Source of the DNA: Lepidodermella squamata
Lineage: Eukaryota > Animalia > Gastrotricha
Direction of reading: 5' to 3'
NCBI GenBank assembly: GCA_047495785.1
Contig: JBLDXI010000020.1
Coordinates: forward strand, 744,001 to 808,000
Length of the DNA stretch: 64,000 nucleotides
Shown: positions 10,920 through 24,587 of the stretch, in pieces
How the letters are laid out: the number at the start of each line of letters is the position of its first letter
Numbering within the stretch: position 1 is the first letter of the stretch
Position numbers and translations under genes: made by a program
The notes under the pieces: model-generated
Seen by the model: only the letters and a program-made list of their open reading frames with translations
Databases searched by the model: none
Told to the model about the DNA's origin: nothing

Positions 10920-13900
10920 TCATTTGTGTTGTCGCAAAATTTGTTGCGAGTTTTTACAACAGCTTCTTGAGGCGGTTGAAAGCCGCGAGAAGCTGCAGGA
11001 AATCAGGTAGATTGAAATGGAAGTGCTCTTTAACAAGCTGATAGTAAAATTCCGGCGCCTGTTTATCATGCAAATTTTAGCCGTTGAAAAGGGCATATTC
11101 AAGTACCTACCTCATCTTTGATTTTAAGCAGAGTTTCCAGTTTTGAGCCGTCGAAATTCTCCATCTTCGCCTGATATACGCTGCAGAGCAGAAAAACTAT
11201 TCAATAAGCTGATTTCACATTCTAAGCTCACGTTAATTTTTCAGAATCCAGCCAGGCATTAATTTCCTTGGAAGTCCATTTCGAAAGGTCCAAGTCTTTT
11301 TTAGGCCGTGATTTATCGTGGCCTAACTTGGGCGTTTGCTCGCTTGCTACCAAGGATCCATGAGTTCGATCATTCGGAGGGTCTACAGGCTTCGGAAAAC
11401 TGTCCTGTAACGTCCCTAATACATTTTTAATTTCGGCGAATAACTGATCAACTGCCGTCTCAAACGGCCGTTTTTGAAGAGACATGTCAATATATTTCAG
11501 AGGTCGCACCATAATTCCAAGCCAGCCGTCCGCTTGATAGCTAAAATAAATCAATTGGAGTGTTGATACAAGTTTATCTTAACTCACTGATATTCCATAT
11601 TAACCGGCACGATAGGTTTACCCATAGAGTACGCATATTGAGCTTCAGCTCGGCATGGATTGCTGTTTTTATAGCTCTGGGAATAGCATAGGAGTACCAC
11701 GGATGCTTGTTCAACAGCTTTAGCCATAGCATCCAGGAGATCGCCATGCATTTTATCGACGTCCATCCAAACTTTGAAGTTACGCTTCAACAGTTCGTTT
11801 CGAATCATCAAAGCTGTAGGCTGTTGCTTCCAAGAATAACTAATGAAAATATGGCCAATATCGGACTCCGAGTTCGAAAAATCACGGGCAGATGGATTAT
11901 CGGAGGAAATAGTATCCCATTTATCGATAAAAAGCACGACCTTTTTCGCCGCTTTTTGAACCTCCGCAGGGCTGCTTGTTCCAAACGCCAGTTCATGAAG
12001 CGGCTTAATAATGTCCTCTTCATGAATTGAAATTATGCTTCGTTTTATTTCCAAGTTGAAGCAAAGGGTCCACAGTAAGTCGATGCCTTGAATTCTGTCT
12101 TCGCTCTTTCCATTCCAAAGTGATTTTATGAGATCGATGACGTTGTTTTCCATGAGTTTAGCTTTATTCCCATCATTTGTAGCGAGGAGGCACAGGCCTT
12201 CAAGAAGCTCAGGCAGCCAAAATCTATGGCCGTCGTACAACGCACTGCGAGATTCCGACTTGGCCGCTTGCAGTGCCAAATCAGTAATCATTTTGATCAC
12301 GCCGCGCTCATCTGCAAGTCGGGACGCTTCCGATGTATCGCTAACTACGTAAGCTATGCAAAGGCTGATCTGTATCGGCTTTTTGAACTTATCGTCCAAA
12401 TAATTCGCTAAAATCTGCGTAAAACAGAGATAATTCGAGCCCGATTATTTACGTGCCCGAATATTTCCAAACATACAGATTCAGCTTTCAGCTCAACGAA
12501 GCGATATTTGACTTGAGGTGATCTCGAAATGTTGTAAAGAATGTTGAGCATTGCAGAAATGATCTTTTCCCACCTCTGCATCACAGGCGATATTCGTAAT
12601 AAAATACTTAATGTAATTGAATTTAACCTCGCTCCGAGCCAGCTTTGCGCAAATGTCGTCGTATGACGCCAAAAACTTCAGCAAGGAATCTACAAATTGA
12701 GCATCAGCGAATCGCTGGGAAAATCATACAACAATACTTCTAAATTCAAGCAGAAATCTAATATCTTACCACTCTCATAGATTCGAATTGATCTGCGAGA
12801 TGCCAAACGAGAGTAAGAAGATTGTTGTACAATTCGTATGACAATTCCTCTTCGACGATATCTCGGCAATATAGTTTTGAGCAATAATTGAAGCAAATAG
12901 ATGCAGTGTTTTCCTTCGAGTAAACGTTTTCGTAGGCTTGCTTCCACAGCTCATCCGTTTGTTTAGGATGCATGGATTTCGTAGCAGAAAATAGTTCAGC
13001 AGAACTTGATGCTGGAAATCCCACTACGCTGTCGGGCGAAAGTTCGAACAGCTTAGCTAGGAATTTCAGCCTCAAACTTAACTCTGAGCTAACTGCCTCG
13101 GGTGTTTTCACATTCGGACTACTTTCGAAAATGTCATTGTTCACCGCAAGTATCGATCCTGATACCTCACATAGCCATTTCGCCTCCCGCAGGCATGCCA
13201 AAGAGTAGAGCACTGAGTTCTCTAAAATTTGTTGTAGACAGGGAACGAGTGAAACATCATCTGGGTCCGCCAATTTTCGCTCCGATTTAGTAGCTCGTTT
13301 TGTCATAATAAAGATCGAATGGACCAGCCATTTTGTCATGGTCTTGTCATTTTTAGCTATAGAATGCTTCAGCAAGCGTAGTTGAGCGGCGTATACTTTC
13401 GTGTCTATCTCCAAAGGTAAGTCGGTTGTCGAACCGTTCTTTTCTCTTAAACATAATAGGAAAATCGAGCAAATGGCAGTGCCTTCTTCGTCCAGAGTTG
13501 ATGAGCAAAGCGAAGTCAAAGCCTACAATAATTATAAGATTTGTATTCTGAAATCATACGTAGCGATTACCTGAGTTCCTTTGTCGTAAAATGGTTCCCA
13601 TACAGACCAAGCCGAGGACAAAAACAGGCGAATCTGAATTTTAAGGCTGAGCTTCAGTAAAACTGAGAGTTGCCTAACCCCATCGGAAGACTGAAGCACC
13701 TGAAAATGTATGAGGCTTAATTAATGGAATTAATGGAAGAATTATAGCAAACATCTTTCGTCTCAGATAATGTTGAGGAGCAGATTCCCGTGAAAGCGAA
13801 CAGATCCTCAACCAAGTTGGTTTTTTGGATAATCATCTGAATTAGGTAAATTATGCGTAATTAAAATGAATTCCGCAGATATAATTTCAGACCTTGACAA

Positions 13901-14501
13901 AGCCGAATTCCACGTTGAGGTAACTCAAATTGCACGATAGCAGATTCTTGCAAAGTTTGTAAGGTCCTTCCTCTAAACCAGCGGTTTGAATGCCGGAATT
14001 TTCCAAAGCTGAAACTATGACGCCGAAGCATTGCCTTATCAGTTTGCCCGCCGATATCGGAAACTGCTCTTTCAGAAGAATACCGCCAAGCTCGTGATGC
14101 CACTGCGGCTGAAGTTCGAAAGACTGAAATAGTTGCCAAGCGATTTCTCTGGTCTCCTGGCTTATCCAGTCCTCTGACTTCTGAGAATTAACTACGAGTG
14201 CAATCTTCTTAGCCATATTCCTAGTAGATTCTCTCGCATCGTCGAAATTATTTTGTGGAATTGACTCAACTTCGACATTGGAATTGACATCTTGAGGTGG
14301 AGCAGATACCTCCTTGGAGAAGGTGACTACTAGAGGACTCGGCTCAACCTCGCTGACAACCTTGAGGGGCGGATTGCTCGGCAATTTTTCTTCTCGTTTA
14401 CTAGCAGTCCCTGATTCGGATCGAGCGTTTTCCCCCGTGCCATGAGAGCTGCTCTTCCGTTTTGAATCTTTAGAAGCAGATGAATGCTTAGACTTGGGCA
14501 T
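10920..14501 (-). CDS. ARM-repeat / TIR / SAM-like protein, paralog A (10 exons)
   Basis: Nine GT-AG introns traced. ARM-like helices, TIR_2-type 'HIFISYSW...KVWMDVDKM...CRAEAQYA...PIVPV...ADGWLG', and C-terminal SAM-like 'SKWTSKEINAWL...FDG..L'. Confidence 0.85.
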
Positions 14502-14688
14502 CTACTGTTTCCACAGCTAGAGTATTTTATAATAAAATATATGCAATGTATATTAGAGTAAAAATAACTATAATATATTGTTCACAATAATTCACTTTAT
14601 TGGCATCAAAAGATGAATGCTAGAAATTTTCTATTGACAATATGAATATCAGCGTGCATAACGGGTATTGAAAAGACTAATAGGTAAG

Positions 14689-17600
14689 TCAGTCGTCATC
14701 GTCGAGATCTTCCAGTGCAGCAATTAGCTGGAGTAAATCAGGTAAATTGATAGCGAAATGATCCTTGACAGCAGAGTAGTAAAACTCAGCAGCCTAAAAA
14801 ACGGGAAACTAGACATAAGCGAGAATGAGAACAAATGTCTACCTGACTCCTTATCTTCATCAGGGTCCACAGCTTTTTTCCATCGAAGCTTTCAAGTTTG
14901 GTCAACACAGATCTATAGAAAAAGTGTTAAGCGGAAAAGCTCTGCTTCGAACAACTAACCTGTCAAAATTTTGCTCTTTCGCCCATTTCATAACATCGCC
15001 TTTGGACCATTTCGCGTACCGATGCTTCGAATGCGAAGGTGTAACAATAGAGCCGTGAACACGAGGAGTCTTCGGAGCTTTTTCATGTTTCTCCTCGGTC
15101 TTTTTCGGTATTTCTGGGTGCGGCAGGGCCCCGAGAATGCTGTGAAGTTCGACGAAGAGCTGCTCAATAGCTGTCTCGAAAGACCGCTTTTGTAGAGACA
15201 TGTCCACATACTTCAAAGGCCTGACCATGATACCAAGCCAACCATCAGCTTGATAACTGCAAAAAAATCGTTTAAAGTTTGTCAGTGAAAATTTTCGTAG
15301 AAGTATACTGGTATTCCATGTTGACGGGTACGATTGGCTTCCCCATTGAGTAGGCGTATTGGGCTTCAGCTCGGCAAGGATTGCTGTTTTTATAGCTTTG
15401 GGAATAGCATAGGAGAACCACAGACGCATCCTCCACCGCCTTCGCCATAGAATCCAAGAGATCGCCATGCATTTTATCGACGTCCATCCAAACTTTGAAG
15501 TTACGCTTCAACAGTTCATTCCGAATCATCAAAGCCGTAGGCTGTTGCTTCCAAGAATAACTTATGAAAATGTGGCTAATATTTTCAAGAGACTCTGGCT
15601 TGGAAGGTTTCGGTTTCGAAGCTGCTTTCTCTTGCTGTTCTCTTATTGCCGCTTCCCATTTTTCGATAAACAAGCAAACCTTCTTAGCTTCCTTCTGAGC
15701 ATCCGATGGAACCTTCTCATCGGAAGCCAACTGCTGTAGTGGTACCAAGACGTCATCTTTATGCTTGGTGATGATTTCATTCTTCGTGGCCGTGTGAAAA
15801 CAAAGCGTCCATAGCAGATCGATACCCTGAACCATTTCCTTAACCACCCCGGTGCTCAGCAGCTTTTTGATCAGCGTGATCACGTTGTTTTCCATCAGCT
15901 TCTTCTTATTCTCATCGTTTTTAGCCAGAATACACAAACCTTCGAGCAATTCCGCTAAATCGAAACCATGCCCGTTGTACATGGCGATTCGATTCGGCGC
16001 TGTTACAGCGACATTGGCCAGTTCTGTTATCGTCTTGATAATGCCTCGTTCATCAGCTAGTCGAGCAGCTTCTGGAGTATCGCTCACGACGTAGGCGATG
16101 CAAAGGCTGGTTTGGATATTTTTTCGAAACTTGGGATCCAGGTAATTTGCGATAACATCCGCGGCGTTCAGCTCTAAAAATTTGTGTTTGGTTTGCGAAG
16201 ATCGGGATACATTGTAAAGAATGCTGAGGGGCGATGAAACTAAAAGCTTGCCGACTCTCTGAAATAATTTACAGGTTACCCTTCCCTTTACCCTTTTGAA
16301 AATGATTATTTATTACCTCACTCTTTTGAAATTTCCGCTTCTGCTCCTCAGGTGACCTAAGACCCTCAATCAACAAGTCGACGAAACCAGATTCTTCGAT
16401 TATCTAAACCGAGGAAAAGTTTTGAAAACTGAATTGTTTGGAATATGCCAACTTACTATTCTCAAATTTTCAAACTCATCGGCAAGGTGCCAAATCGTCC
16501 TGAATAAATCTTCGAGCATCTCACACGATAATGACTCCTCAACTAGGTCTCTTTTAACAAGAAGAGTGCAGTACTTGAACGCGATTTCTGAAAAATTTGG
16601 CAAGTTTATCATGAGAGTGCCTAGTCCCTTTTTGATTGACTTACCCACAAATTTCTCCTGAATAAAGGCTTTCTCATAGGCTGTTCTCCACTCAGAGCTT
16701 TTGTTTTGACTGTACAGTTCTCGAGAACGCTGAATCAAGTCTGCAGCGTTCGCCGAGTCGTAGCAAATGATGCTATCAGTCGATAATTCGTACAGTTTGA
16801 ATAGAAACTTGATTCTCAAGCAAGTTTCGGCAAAAATTGCATCGCTCGACTTCATCAGAGAGCTATTTAAAGCGAATCGAGGCGAATCCAAGGTAGTCCC
16901 CGTTTCATTGCTATCACCAGGCAAATGCTTCAGCAAATACTTGCAATTTGTTAAGCATTTCAACGAGTAGAACTTGCTATTGTCGAAAACGTGCTGGGTC
17001 GGCACTCGAATTTCGGCGAACTTGTGTGCTAAATCCTTATTTGTTCTTATGACTAAACTGATGGCGTTGGCGAGCCAAGAGGTGAGCATTTTGTCGCTGC
17101 GTTCAACAGCGGCTTCGAACAGACTGGTAGCAGCTTTGTGCGGTATTTTGGTCGCCTCGAATTTGATCGATTTCGCATTTTTCTTCTCTTGCATCATGAA
17201 GGAGAGAGCCATGGCGAGGCACCTGCACTCGTCATCTTCGGTGCCATTAGCGTAGTAGTGGCTCAGCATCTTAAATGATATTACATAGGTGATTGATTCG
17301 TGAATGCAAGTGAATTGGCGTTACCATTTCGAGCATATCGTATTGGCCATCCCAGTCCTTACCTGACCAGCTCCATTCCTCAATAATCGCTATATGAAGC
17401 CGCAGACTCAAGCGGATCAAAATTAGTAGTTGTCTTGACGCATTTGGAGAAAGTTCCGGCTGAAATTTATTATAAAGAAACGCTTGAAAATGTTCGCGAA
17501 ATTCCTACCATTTCCTTAGTTGATTGTTTGACAAAGAATCGCAGAGAACCATCGTAAAATTGAATTAATAAAGGAAGGACGTTCGTTTCAAGAGATAATT

Positions 17601-18358
17601 TCTGCATGAAAACAAGGAAATATGTGAAACGGTTTCTATAAAATTTGATTAAAAACCTTTCGAAATCCAGTGTCTATTCTCATGAAATTGTACAGAGATA
17701 TAAGAAGGTTTTTAGCCAACTTGTAAGGGCCCTCTTCCAGCGCCTCAACTACAACATCGTTATCTGCCGCGAATTTCGCAACGAGATCGTCTAAAACGGT
17801 ATCCAGGCAATGGGCGGTGATTTTTGTCGCCGAATCTGGAAAATCATTGTCAGCCAACGTGGAGGCAATTTCGTGGTGCCATTGCGGCCAATTTTCGTAG
17901 GAGCAGCATATTTTCCACGCCAGATCGCGCGTTTCTGGGCTGATCCAAAGTTCTGGCTCCTTTGTTGCAACCAAATTTTGCAGAAATACAGCGCTGTTCC
18001 GCGTCTCAGCATTCGCAGCATCAAGAGATGATAAGGGAGAACTGTCGGCTTGTTTAGGCATTACTTGCCCATCTGACTTGGCTTTTCCTTCGGTTGAATT
18101 TGAAGGTGACTTCGACTTAGCTTCGTCGACAGTGTTGGCCTGGTGTGCCGGAGCTACATCGGAAAAGCCTTATTCAAATAAATTAGGTAGCGATTCACGT
18201 GACATGCCTTTGCTGCTTTTATTTCCATTAAGGGGAATACCAGCCTCCCTAACAATTGGAGCTGGCTTCACGGCATTTTTATTCGGTACATTTCTGGTTG
18301 ATTTCACCGGGCTGTTATGATCAGCAGGCTTTGTGACTGGTTTTGGCGGGGAAGGCAT
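14689..18358 (-). CDS. ARM-repeat / TIR / SAM-like protein, paralog B (~11 exons)
   Basis: Same architecture and several shared intron positions with paralog A. The first exon (18208-18358) needs a 39-nt GC-AG intron (18169-18207); otherwise the start is ATG 18061. Confidence 0.85.
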
Positions 18359-19233
18359 TATTTTAAGAGTTCATTCGAGACGATAAGCCTTCATTATCCG
18401 CAAATAAAAGCCAAGTATAGATTTCCAAAATTTAGCTTCAAGCCTCCAGCAGCAACCTATGCAAAATTGCACATCGCAATTTTTGAAGAGATCGATGAAC
18501 CGTCCGATTTGATGTTAGCGTCACCTGGCGAAAATTGTCGATAATTATTGATGAGCGGTCGCCAGGCCGCCCATTTTTATTTATAGGTAGGTGCACGAAT
18601 TTTAACCTTGCATTACGTTGGAACGATGAATTGCTGACACGTTCACAGTTCACAATTTTTCAGGAGCTCGAAATTTTGTTCGGATCCCGATGTAAATTTC
18701 ATTTCCATCAAGCATTTATATTTTAGCTATTTTCCCCTCCTGAAAATATATTCCAATCTGTTACTAAGTTGTGATGTTATCAAGCCTTTAGTCGAGCACT
18801 TTGGATTTGTGAATAATCTGCAAGGATGTGCCAAAACAGCGATAAAACAGGGCAAGATAAGACCTGGAACGCTGCAAAAAATTAATAGTTCGGATAAAAA
18901 CAACTATTGAGAGTGCAGAATTTTTGTCTCAAGACCTCAAAGCGGTTATCACAAAACATGCGCTTCGCTGAGCCAATGACGAGGCGTTTTTTCCATGAGC
19001 ACTGAACCAAGAAGAAGATGGGAATAAATGACCAGCAGCACTCAGTTTTCGTCGCTGTTCGCGGACGAGGGCAAACCGACCATAATGTACGGCGAGCGGC
19101 AAGATAAGCTGCGGCCTGTGCGTTTAAAAAGGTGGCACCAGCTCTATTATAGCATCATTCCACACCCCTCTGGTTCTCTGCAAACACACTTGTTTCTGGT
19201 TTTCTGCGAAATAAATCTTAATTCAGCGAAAAA

Positions 19234-19761
19234 ATGTTCCGCGTTGCTTTTGTTCTCTCAGTCGCTGTTCTCGGCATGGCTTACGCCCAAAGCCGTGGAA
19301 ACATGACCAACTGCGGTGATTCCGGGCACAGTTTCCAGGGTTACTGGGAGCCGAACCCTCTCGTGACGTATCAAAACATTACCATCACCGTTTCGCTGAT
19401 TCCCCAAGTCAACGCAACTATGCTGAATGCTAATATTTCGATCAAGTACGAGGGTATTCCGATCTACCACGGCACCCAATCTCTTCCATGCACCAAGCTG
19501 CCAGTCTGCCCAATTGTTGCAGGCAAGGCTACAACTGAAACTCTGACGGTCCCTCTTAACATTAACGCGCCCCAGGTAAGGAAACTTCCCGATGTAACCT
19601 TTGACAAACTGACTCCTTTCTTTCAGGGTCACTATGTCATCACAGCTGATGTGACCAATGAAAATGGTCAGAAACTGGTTTGCGCCGTCGTAGACACGCA
19701 CATCGTTCATTCCTTCGATCGCACCAAGGTGATCGATTCGTTTGTCCCGCAGCAAAATTAA
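19234..19761 (+). CDS. Secreted ML-domain (MD-2-related lipid recognition / NPC2-like) protein
   Basis: Signal peptide, 'NCG', 'PNPL...ITIT', 'C...CPI..G', 'G.Y.....T.ENGQKLVCA'. Contains an in-frame GT-AG intron at 19576-19626. Confidence 0.85.
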   Translation: MFRVAFVLSVAVLGMAYAQSRGNMTNCGDSGHSFQGYWEPNPLVTYQNITITVSLIPQVNATMLNANISIKYEGIPIYHGTQSLPCTKLPVCPIVAGKATTETLTVPLNINAPQVRKLPDVTFDKLTPFFQGHYVITADVTNENGQKLVCAVVDTHIVHSFDRTKVIDSFVPQQN

Positions 19762-21154
19762 ATTTGAACATTTTGTTGGAGTTTGACTATTATTTTCTTA
19801 ATATTTGTCCGTTCGATGTGATTTTGCTACAATCATCGGGTCCATTATCATCATATGATGTGATTCGCTGCCAAAATGAGTAAAAAAAACCTGCTTGAAT
19901 AGCAACTTTTTCTTGTGCGATTCATCCGCCTAAATGGTACACAAATAATAATACGAAGCCAAAATCGGCCGTGGGTTTCCTCTTTTCACTGGCCGCTATT
20001 GATCGCGTCCTGTTTCGAAGCGTCTATTCATCGCAGCCATGCATTGTGCAGCCTGAAAAATGACGTGTTTTTCTGGAACAAATAACGCGATTGATTTGTG
20101 CAGCAGCAGCAGGCCAGCGAAAAACAACACAACACGTGGAACGAAAAGCCTTTTATTGAATTCAGTTAGTTTGTTGCTTTTTACGGCGGCGCTGACCATG
20201 AATTGCGAGATAGCAGGTCTTAAACACAGTATATATCGAGTTTTTCGACGCTAATAAATGGACAAACATTGTTGTGCTTTTCATGAGAATGAATTAAACG
20301 TATAGCGAGAGAGATATACAACACAAGGACAGGTGAACGAGAGCGCGAAAGGCGAGAGAAGAAAGAAACAACAATACCGACCTGACTCGTGAAAATAGCG
20401 AGTTTTGTCTACCTGTTCTTGCATTTTTTATTCATATATCCAACTTCAACCTGCGCACGGCTGCGGTAGTTTGTGTTGCGAGTGCCTTAAGCCTGACTAT
20501 TCGCCAACAATAATAGGTGATGATGATACAACAAATGATTTAAGAAATCGATAAAACACACGTGTGACCCAAGCGGTTTGTTCAAGCCAGCATAACCTCA
20601 TAGTTGCTACAAACTTCTGAAATATTCATCAGTTACTCTTTTTTTATGCGTCAATGAAAGTCTTTGAGTGATCAGCCGACAATATTTTAGCATAAAAGGA
20701 AAAATAAAACACTTGCAGTATTCTAAACCTATCAACCTCTAGTTTTTGAGACGGGCAAGACACAGAACAAACAAAAGAAACACCGAAGATGAAGCTTTTC
20801 AGTTCATATCAATCGCGTTAAATTGCATTTGATGGGCGTCCATTTTCTCCACTGTAAGTTCAAAACGAGATCCGACCACTGGCTCCGGAGAAAAAGGACT
20901 TCAGAAAGCAAGGTAATGAGAAAATAAGACACAGTAACATTACTTCTACAGCTTTTCGTTACCAATTATCTCAATTTTTCAACTTTCAATTCCATTTTTT
21001 TCAAGATTATCAAAGTCGCGAGAGGCCTTATAATCATAATAACTAGGGCTTGAAAAGAACTTCGTCAATTGATTAATTAGAAAATTATGGGCCCAGAATA
21101 CTAGTTGGTTAGTAAGCTAAAAAAGGGAGACAAAGCCATGGAGATGGAGAGTTA

Positions 21155-22082
21155 TCAAGACATTTCCGAACCGGAATCGTCGGCCGTCGCACCCACCCTC
21201 CGCTGAGCTGGCGCGATCTGGTCTTGACCTTTGTGCGGTTCAGGAGGGTGGGCTTCTTTTTGGGAAGACGAGGTAGAGGGTGGGTTGCTGTCAGACGGCG
21301 CTGTTTCTTCGGCGTCCTCTTCATCACAATCGCCGTCATCGTCACAGTAATCGTCGTCATCTTCGTCAATCGGGCCGTCAGGTCCGAACTCCATCAGCAG
21401 GTCCTCGTCGCGTTCTACTGGCTTTGGCTTCGCTTTGATTATGTACTCGTCGATGGTAGTGGGAACGACAACGCCGTCACGCTTCGCCTCCTCGATTGTG
21501 TCGGCCACTTGTTTTTTCACGATACGCTCGTAGTCGTTGTCTTTTCCGCCCGACTCTTTCCATCGCCGGAACATGACTGAGGCGTCTACGTTAGCAGGGG
21601 AGAAGGTGTTTGGTTCGTTGAGCAGCGAAATCACGGAGAGCAAAATGGCGCCGACATTCTGAGTAGGGTTCCACCTTTCATTGGGCATTTCGCCACTCTG
21701 AGGATCATCGGTTGGAGGGTGAAGAATACTGATACACACGTCGCCATTCTACGAAATATAAAATTTGAATGATCAATTTCTTAATTATTCAACTAAAACA
21801 GACCTCGTAGACATTCGGATGCCACAGCTTTGTGACAAAGCGAAGTGAGGGCGGTGAAAAGGGGTAATCCTTAGGGAAATCCATGTTGGCTTTGAAGTAG
21901 CCACCTTCGTATAGAGTACCGGGAGGTCCGAAAATGGCGACTTGCCATTGAAACAGGTTGTCTTCGTTGAGCAATTTGACGCGGAAACCCTCGACTGGTT
22001 CTGTTTGTAGGCTCTTCAATTCCATTTGTAATCTTTTGATCGCGCTGAACACAGCCGAGCCGTGCGCGAGGTGCATTGACAT
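21155..22082 (-). CDS. CDC34: Ubiquitin-conjugating enzyme E2 R (Cdc34), 2 exons
   Basis: 'WHPNVYE|NGDVCISILHPP.DDPQSGE.P.ERWNPTQNV' includes the Cdc34-specific acidic loop; acidic C-terminal tail. Confidence 0.93.
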
Positions 22083-24587
22083 TTTGGATGAGTTGAGTTG
22101 AATGTATGCTATAAGTTTAATATCTATTCACAAGAAGATAATTGATTCGAAGCTTATCGATGACCAGCCAACAGATGAAATAAGCTAGCCCTAACCCTCA
22201 CAGATTAGAAACTCATTTTCTTTTTTATTATAATCCCCCATGGTTCAGAGTTCACTGTTATGTCGAACTACTGTTATATAACCAAGGAAAACCCCCATTT
22301 AGCTAATCCATTAAAAAAACAGCAACGGAAATTGGAAACAGCATTGGATATTGTGTGAATATCGTCAATCCTCATTCAAGCTGCCGTTCGGTTTCGTGAG
22401 AGGCAGAAGAAATGAATACATAAATACAGAAAACTGTACATTATACATCATTTGTACGAATAAGCTTTCGAGAAGCCGTAAGTCCCGGCCCAAGGTAAAT
22501 CAAGATGAAAAGTACAACACAATTATCGAGTTTCAGGCAAATAAAAAGGCTTGCAGATCAATCAGAAGGACAAATAAACCAAGTTGGTATAGTTACAAAT
22601 TGCAAATTATATACGAGAGGCGAGAGGCCTAACAACTATAGAATTGCTCCGCACGTTATCCATCGGTGAAGTATAACAGGGAACAAGAATGCTTTCGCCA
22701 TGCCTATTTCGATTGACTGATTAATAATCAGATCGATGGTAGATATCTCATGCTTAGCAAACAATAATGGCAGTGTAAAATGTCCCGAGAAACCGGATGA
22801 ATGATCAATGCTTCTTTGGCATGCTTCTTTGGCAGTAGGTGAGCTACAGGGTTCATCCTTTGGACTTCTCGATGTTTCAACTCGATGCCCTTCTTTTGAC
22901 CGACTCACCCTTCCCTTTCAAAGCTCTACGCGTTCCAAGAAAGATTCTTTTTGTCTTTTTGTTTTCATTATTCACTTCCTGCGGACGATTAATTTCTTAA
23001 TATATTGGTCAGCCGATTTATTAAAATTATGCTCAGGTGATCGCTTGTCATGGCTGAGCGCGTAATTCAAACATACAAACATGTGGGCACCGTCTCCAAG
23101 TCCGGGTGCCAAATCAAAAGTTAGCGTGTTGCTCTGAGCAAAAAATTGCGGGGCTTCGCAGCTCCGTATGCATGTTAGGGATTAGGGAAAGCATGTCATC
23201 TCAACCTTGATGAATAGAAGCGCCATTTCCCCATGAATAGAGCAAAAACCGTCAAGCTTCATACCTAATCAAACGGTCGACATGCTCGCGGGAGAGAAAA
23301 GAGAGGAACTAAAGCCAATATCTAAATTGCTGGCTTCTTTTCAGCTGTTGTTGTATTTAGCCATAGGCTCAATAGTGTACAATTCTTTAAAAGCTCTTCA
23401 AGCTAATACACCAACCTTTCGATAATATCGTTCAGTCGTTCGCGGCGCGAGGTAGTCATCGCCTTACTCTCCAATCCCCAACTACTTACAAACAGAGGCT
23501 TATGAAATCGCTATGGGGCATACTTAATCCTGATCGCTCCGGACGATGATTTTGAAGATTCAGATGGAGATGCGGGATATGTCATGCGCAATGCCAGCTG
23601 AGTTGCTTGCTGCTTGGCGCTGTAACCAAAGAAATTGGACTGTGGGAATATTGTCAGAATAATTCACGTTTCTTCCATTGATTCTTCTATTGAAACGCCA
23701 TGAGACCAAATTTCTACCTTACCGCATTATAGTCCTTTATCTGTCGTATATTTCATTAGTCAGATCTGAGTTCCCTTGGGTTAGATTGATTCCGGAATTC
23801 TTCCATATAATTCCAAGCAGAAGTCCGTTTTTTCTATCCTTTGTGTCCTTCTAACTAGCTAGGTATGCGAATAAAGCAAAGTTGTCATTGACAATCACCA
23901 ACTTCAAAAACTCGTGTATATTGACGTATAAATGAAACAATTCTTAAAATGAGCATGTTTTGAAAGACAATTAAAGAACCGAAGTTTGAATGAACAGTCG
24001 GTACGACTTTAAACGATCGATGCAATGCGTTTGTAGACTTCGTCAGTTTTCTATCATAATTCTTGCCACGATGAACCGTTTCAATGGTACGCAACGAGGT
24101 ACATTTTTACGTGACGCGTCCCCTGAATACTATGAATGGCCTAATTGCTACTATCTTGATTCGATTCTGTTGAGTTAACACTTTTTCGCTAATGGGCTGG
24201 GCGGCTCTCATTTTTGACGGTCCTTACAATGCTATTTGAGCTATTTGCCTCAGCAGCGATTGCTTAAGAACTAAGAACACATTTAATTTCTCGAAGATGC
24301 TTGATTTGGACTTGCAAGTTTCATTGGCTATTATATCTTCAGTTATTTTTTCTAATGGGACAATGTTTAATGTTACAATTTTAAATATGCACATTTCTTA
24401 GTCAACATTTATCGTGATGTTGCCGATCCGGGTTTTTAGCTGCTATTTCATCACCGTAAATAGAAATCCTTGCGTCAGTCTATACTGTTCTGGTCCAATG
24501 AACTTATTAAAGCTTCGTGCCTTTCTATTTGAAGTGAAAAATCGACATTGAAGTCATTTTTGTATGGTAATAGATATTTTCTAAGAA

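Noticed and set aside
22636-22970. In-frame TGA as selenocysteine
   Set aside because: No selenoprotein motif or identifiable SECIS; the surrounding sequence looks decayed.
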